Made by a program: the position numbers and the translations under genes. A DNA stretch of 64,000 nucleotides from Candidatus Heimdallarchaeota archaeon (lineage in GTDB: Archaea; Asgardarchaeota; Heimdallarchaeia; Heimdallarchaeales; Heimdallarchaeaceae). The stretch covers positions 301,494-365,493 of the forward strand of contig JAUVXV010000003.1 of the NCBI GenBank assembly GCA_030603365.1, read 5' to 3'. Under the pieces are notes generated by a model. It had not been told where the DNA came from, made no database searches, and saw nothing but the letters and a program-made list of their open reading frames with translations. Below, one piece after another: positions 60,186 through 64,000 of this stretch. The first letter of the stretch is position 1. Each line of letters starts with the position of its first letter.

Positions 60186-60974
60186 TTATTTTTCTTCTAC
60201 AACTTTATAGAATGCTTCAACCGTCATCTTAAGCCATCCTTCAAATGCTTCTTTGGTGAAATCAGGTAAATCATCAGATTGCAGTATCTCCTTTACAGAA
60301 CAATTCTGTTCAACCTTACCTTCAATAAATTCCAGCATTTCTTTTATTAGTTTTTGACCTTCTTTTAACCCAACTATTGAACTTATAGGACCATGACCTG
60401 GAATTACCATATTTGGTTTCAAATCAATCATCTGTTGGAAAGCTTCTATCCACAAGTAAGGGTTGACAGAAGGATCACCAGCAAAAGGAAACATGTCAGC
60501 AAAGAGTAAGTCTCCAGTGAGTACAACATTTTCATCAGGAAGATAAACAAAAGAACTTCCTTGAGTGTGTCCATTAGTTTCAATAAACTTCACTATTCTA
60601 GACCCATCTACTATTTCGTATTCTCCCTCAAATGTAATATTAGGTAGAACTATCTCTTTATCTTTATAATCTCCTTGAACCTTCTTTTCTAGTATTTTTT
60701 TTGCACTTTTTGAAGAAATTATATCACAGTCTTTGAATATATTCGTTCCGAAAGTGTGATCTCCATGATGATGAGTGATAAGAACATACTTGAAATTCTT
60801 TCCTGTCTTAGTTTCAGCAAATTCTCTCATTATTTTCGTCTTTGCTGGATCCATTCCTGTGTCTACCATAATAAGAAATGTATCAAGTTCTATGAAAGAC
60901 ATATGAGATGATGTTTCACTTGGTGAATAATCCCAAACAGAATGAGTGAGTTGAAGAATATTCTTTGTTTTCAT
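60186..60974 (-). CDS. MBL-fold metallo-hydrolase (cyclase-like)
   Basis: VDTG, THHHGDH, GHT, TGD, PGHG. Confidence 0.93.
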   Translation of the reverse strand: MKTKNILQLTHSVWDYSPSETSSHMSFIELDTFLIMVDTGMDPAKTKIMREFAETKTGKNFKYVLITHHHGDHTFGTNIFKDCDIISSKSAKKILEKKVQGDYKDKEIVLPNITFEGEYEIVDGSRIVKFIETNGHTQGSSFVYLPDENVVLTGDLLFADMFPFAGDPSVNPYLWIEAFQQMIDLKPNMVIPGHGPISSIVGLKEGQKLIKEMLEFIEGKVEQNCSVKEILQSDDLPDFTKEAFEGWLKMTVEAFYKVVEEK

Positions 60975-61054
60975 AGTATGATTGGTAACTTTGAACAATT
61001 ATAAAGCTAATGTTGAAAGATTATAACGTACTCAGAAGGTCCAATTATCTGTTA

Positions 61055-61966
61055 TTATCTAGCCAAAATGTGATAAGGTGATTCTCTCATTTGAGCAGAT
61101 AATTTCTTCAGGGTAAGTACTTTTTCAACATTTTTCTGACCATAAACATCATAAAGCTCCGATACTGGTTGTCCGTTTTCGCTAGCTACTAGAACTTGAT
61201 CAACTAGTGTAAAACTTCCTAGAAGCTCTTCTTTATTGTCTATTCCTGGAATTATATCAGGATCGGCATATTTTAATCTTATACAATCAGGAATTTCAAG
61301 ATACTCTGCTATTTGTTCCAGTTGACTTCGATAGATATGTAATAAAGGCATCATGTCAGAACAATGGTCTATTCCCCATTTAGTAAAAGTGCCAGTAAGC
61401 CATTCTGTTCGGTTAGCTGCACCTACAACCATTAGATTGTTAACATCTGCATATTGATATAATACTATCATTCTTGTTCTATGTTTTGTGACAAGATATG
61501 CATTACCTCTGGCTATCCATGAGCCCGCTTTAGGTTGCAACCTGTTTTCAAGTAGATTGCTTTCTTCTTTGGAAATCAGCTTAGACCTTCCATACTTTAC
61601 TAACAAACCTCTCAACCTCCTACTAGGAATAAATCTGATAGGAAGTAATTTGTAACCTTTGACAGCTCTTACGATAGGTGTAATAGATTTTTTTCTTAAT
61701 TTTACTCCAAGAAAATTAGCTAATTCTTTTGCATGTCTTTTGTGAATAGGTTTACTATCTCTTTCAGGCATGTTAAATAAGTGTACATTTTCTTTCCCTA
61801 GGCTTCGAACAGTTAGAGTTGCTGTTACAGCTGAATCTAATCCTCCGCTTACACCAACAACTGCCCCGTCTTTATTCATCTTCTGCAGTATTTTTCTAAT
61901 GAAATCCTCAATATCCATGCAGGCTTTGGGTAGATCTAATTGAAGTTCTTTGATAACTTCTTGCAT
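61055..61966 (-). CDS. nadE: NH3-dependent NAD+ synthetase
   Basis: VGVSGGLDS, R.RM..LY, ANRTE...G.FTKWG. Confidence 0.9.
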   Translation of the reverse strand: MQEVIKELQLDLPKACMDIEDFIRKILQKMNKDGAVVGVSGGLDSAVTATLTVRSLGKENVHLFNMPERDSKPIHKRHAKELANFLGVKLRKKSITPIVRAVKGYKLLPIRFIPSRRLRGLLVKYGRSKLISKEESNLLENRLQPKAGSWIARGNAYLVTKHRTRMIVLYQYADVNNLMVVGAANRTEWLTGTFTKWGIDHCSDMMPLLHIYRSQLEQIAEYLEIPDCIRLKYADPDIIPGIDNKEELLGSFTLVDQVLVASENGQPVSELYDVYGQKNVEKVLTLKKLSAQMRESPYHILAR

Positions 61967-62114
61967 CTTGGTACCTCTAGCATTTATTCGAAGCTTACAA
62001 CTTCATAGATAATCAGATATTTAAAGAATTTAAAACTTTAGAATTATATCTTTTTATTATCTAAATTACGAAAAACACAATCATAGAATTTTCAAATTGA
62101 TATTATAAGCGAAG

Positions 62115-62924
62115 CTAGATTTCCTTTAGCAGATTGTATTTCTCTTCAACTACATTATAAAATGCTTCAATAGTCATCTTAAGCCAACTATCATTTGCAT
62201 CTTTTGTGAAGTCAGGTAATTGCTTTGAATTCATCATTTCCTCTTTTGTTAACTTTTGCTTGTATGAAGTCTCAATAAATTTTATCATTTCTGAAATCTT
62301 TTCTTGTCCTTCTATTAAATTTTTAATTGATCCAATATGACCATGACCTGGAATTACGATATTTGGATTTAAATCAATCATCTTCTGAAATGCATCAACC
62401 CAGAGATAAGGATTAACTGTTTCATCTCCAGCAAAAGGAAACATATCAGCAAATAATAGATTACCTGTGAAAATAACATTTTCTTCGGGAATATGAACAA
62501 ACGCGCTACCTTGAGTATGTCCGTGTGTTTCTATGATTTTTACTGTTTTGAACTCTCCCTTTATTTCATACTGACCATCAAAGGTGATGTTAGGTAGAAC
62601 AATTTCTTTATCTTTATAATCCCCCTCAATTTTTTGTTCAAGAATTTTTTTAGTACTTCTTGTTGAAATGATATCACAATCTTTGAACACATTTGTTCCA
62701 AAAGTGTGATCTCCATGATAATGAGTAATGATTACATACTTAAATTTCAAACCAGTTTCTGATTCAGCAAACTCTCTTATTTTCTTAGTTGTAGAGGGAT
62801 CCATTCCAGTATCTACCATTATAAGGTATTTATCCATTTTAATGAAAGAAGTGTGAGAAGAAGTTTCACTTGGAGTATAATCCCATACTGATTCTGTAAA
62901 TTTAATGATGTTCTTCTTCTTCAT
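62115..62924 (-). CDS. MBL-fold metallo-hydrolase, paralog of 60186-60974
   Basis: VDTG, THYHGDH, GHT, TGN, PGHG; long stretches near-identical to the 60186 protein. Confidence 0.92.
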   Translation of the reverse strand: MKKKNIIKFTESVWDYTPSETSSHTSFIKMDKYLIMVDTGMDPSTTKKIREFAESETGLKFKYVIITHYHGDHTFGTNVFKDCDIISTRSTKKILEQKIEGDYKDKEIVLPNITFDGQYEIKGEFKTVKIIETHGHTQGSAFVHIPEENVIFTGNLLFADMFPFAGDETVNPYLWVDAFQKMIDLNPNIVIPGHGHIGSIKNLIEGQEKISEMIKFIETSYKQKLTKEEMMNSKQLPDFTKDANDSWLKMTIEAFYNVVEEKYNLLKEI

Positions 62925-63054
62925 AACTTTTTTTGAGAAAAGAGACTATTAAAATTTATTGATTTTATGTAGGTTATCATGGAATAATTATTTATATGTG
63001 TTTACATAACTTCCTACATCCTAAATTCACATCACTAAAAAGGAGATTGTAAAA

Positions 63055-63939
63055 GTGACGAATAAACAGACAATACTGATTGCTGGAGCAACTGGAAACA
63101 TTGGGGGAGGTGCTGCAGTTGCTTTAGCAAAACGTGGTGCTAGAGTTGTTTTGCTTGGGCGTTATCCTGACACATTAAAAGCCAAGGTGGATCGTATCCG
63201 TATTGCTTTATCTGAAGCACAGATCGATTATCAGGATACAGACATTACCATACTGGTGGTCGATTTCTCTGATATGGAATCTGTGAAACACGCTGCAGCT
63301 GAGGCTTTGAACCGATTCCCGATAATAGATGGTCTGATACTCTCTGTTGGAGCCCTTATCCAAAATGGTCCGAACATCCTGCCTAGCGGTCATGAGATGA
63401 TGTTTGCTATAAACGTGATGGGGCCGTTTTTGTTCACCCATCTGTTGTTAAAGAGGATGCAGCAATCAAACGGATTGGTCCTTCATGTGGTTGCACCATT
63501 CTATAAAGAAATCGACTGGGATGATCTTGAAAGCATCAGAATTCACAAGACAGAAATTGCATACCACAGGACCAAGACATGCAACCGGGTAATCGCTGCG
63601 GAGTTGACTCGACGATATGCTGGAAGGATCTCCTCTGTAGCATTCAAACCTACGTTCATCATCGATAAATCAGATCCGGAGTTGGCAAAAAGGTGGCCAT
63701 CCGGACTTTTGGGTCTTTTCTGGCGGATAATGACAGTACTCCTTGCAAAGCCACCTTCAGTCGCGGGTGAACCTATTGCAGATCTGATGCTTTCGTATCG
63801 AGATCGTAGTACAATCAATGGAGCCTTGTTCAAACTGGATAAACGCGTCAAAAAACCTGATAAGGCAATGAATGACGAGGTATTAGGAAAAAGGTTGTGG
63901 GATGAGTTGGTTCTACTAACAGGACTAAAGGCTGAATGA
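63055..63939 (+). CDS. short-chain dehydrogenase/reductase (retinol dehydrogenase/WWOX-like)
   Basis: AGATGNIGG, VDFSDMESV, FAINVMGPFL, YHRTK, LWDEL..LTG. Confidence 0.9.
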   Translation: MTNKQTILIAGATGNIGGGAAVALAKRGARVVLLGRYPDTLKAKVDRIRIALSEAQIDYQDTDITILVVDFSDMESVKHAAAEALNRFPIIDGLILSVGALIQNGPNILPSGHEMMFAINVMGPFLFTHLLLKRMQQSNGLVLHVVAPFYKEIDWDDLESIRIHKTEIAYHRTKTCNRVIAAELTRRYAGRISSVAFKPTFIIDKSDPELAKRWPSGLLGLFWRIMTVLLAKPPSVAGEPIADLMLSYRDRSTINGALFKLDKRVKKPDKAMNDEVLGKRLWDELVLLTGLKAE

Positions 63940-64000
63940 ATCCTGAGCACTTGTCTTCAACCTCATATTTCATTTTCAGCTGACATCTCCGTCATCGTTC

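Noticed and set aside
48646-62924. Antibiotic-resistance cluster (class C serine hydrolase and MBL genes)
   Set aside because: Motifs only define broad hydrolase superfamilies common in archaea; no evidence of beta-lactam specificity
1199-63950. Short antisense or overlapping ORFs in the track (e.g. 1199-1447, 3914-4099, 25677-25979, 32125-32478, 53736-53966, 58307-58525, 63543-63950)
   Set aside because: Shadows of well-supported genes or pseudogenes, with no motifs of their own
1-64000. CRISPR array, rRNA or intact transposase
   Set aside because: No regularly spaced direct repeats, rRNA-like GC-rich stretch or full transposase ORF seen

Overview
AT-rich archaeal chromosome window. Archaeal markers are Cdc6/Orc1, LrpA, AMP phosphorylase, a BHB-intron tRNA-Pro(GGG) and oligo-T terminators. 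The TPR-longin, RING-finger and many TM-anchored surface proteins point to an Asgard archaeon, probably Heimdallarchaeia-like (inference). Most of the ~55 intact genes are housekeeping enzymes or hydrolases. Best candidate for an undescribed system: a five-gene divergent module at 12.2-18.3 kb, between cdc6 and tRNA-Pro. One arm encodes a vWA surface protein and a single-pass receptor-like RING-finger protein. The other encodes a wHTH regulator, a MinD/ParA ATPase and a membrane-anchored alpha/alpha-toroid protein. The two arms share a promoter carrying two imperfect 18-bp palindromes. Other highlights: a tandem-GNAT protein co-linear with eukaryotic N-myristoyltransferase (46.2-47.3 kb); a SIRT6-like sirtuin; a small TnpB (IS200/IS605) remnant; several pseudogenes missed by the ORF track, including a DinB gene with a single in-frame TAG; duplicated MBL genes flanking nadE; and a GC-richer SDR gene at the right end. 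All family calls come from recalled motifs, not database searches.
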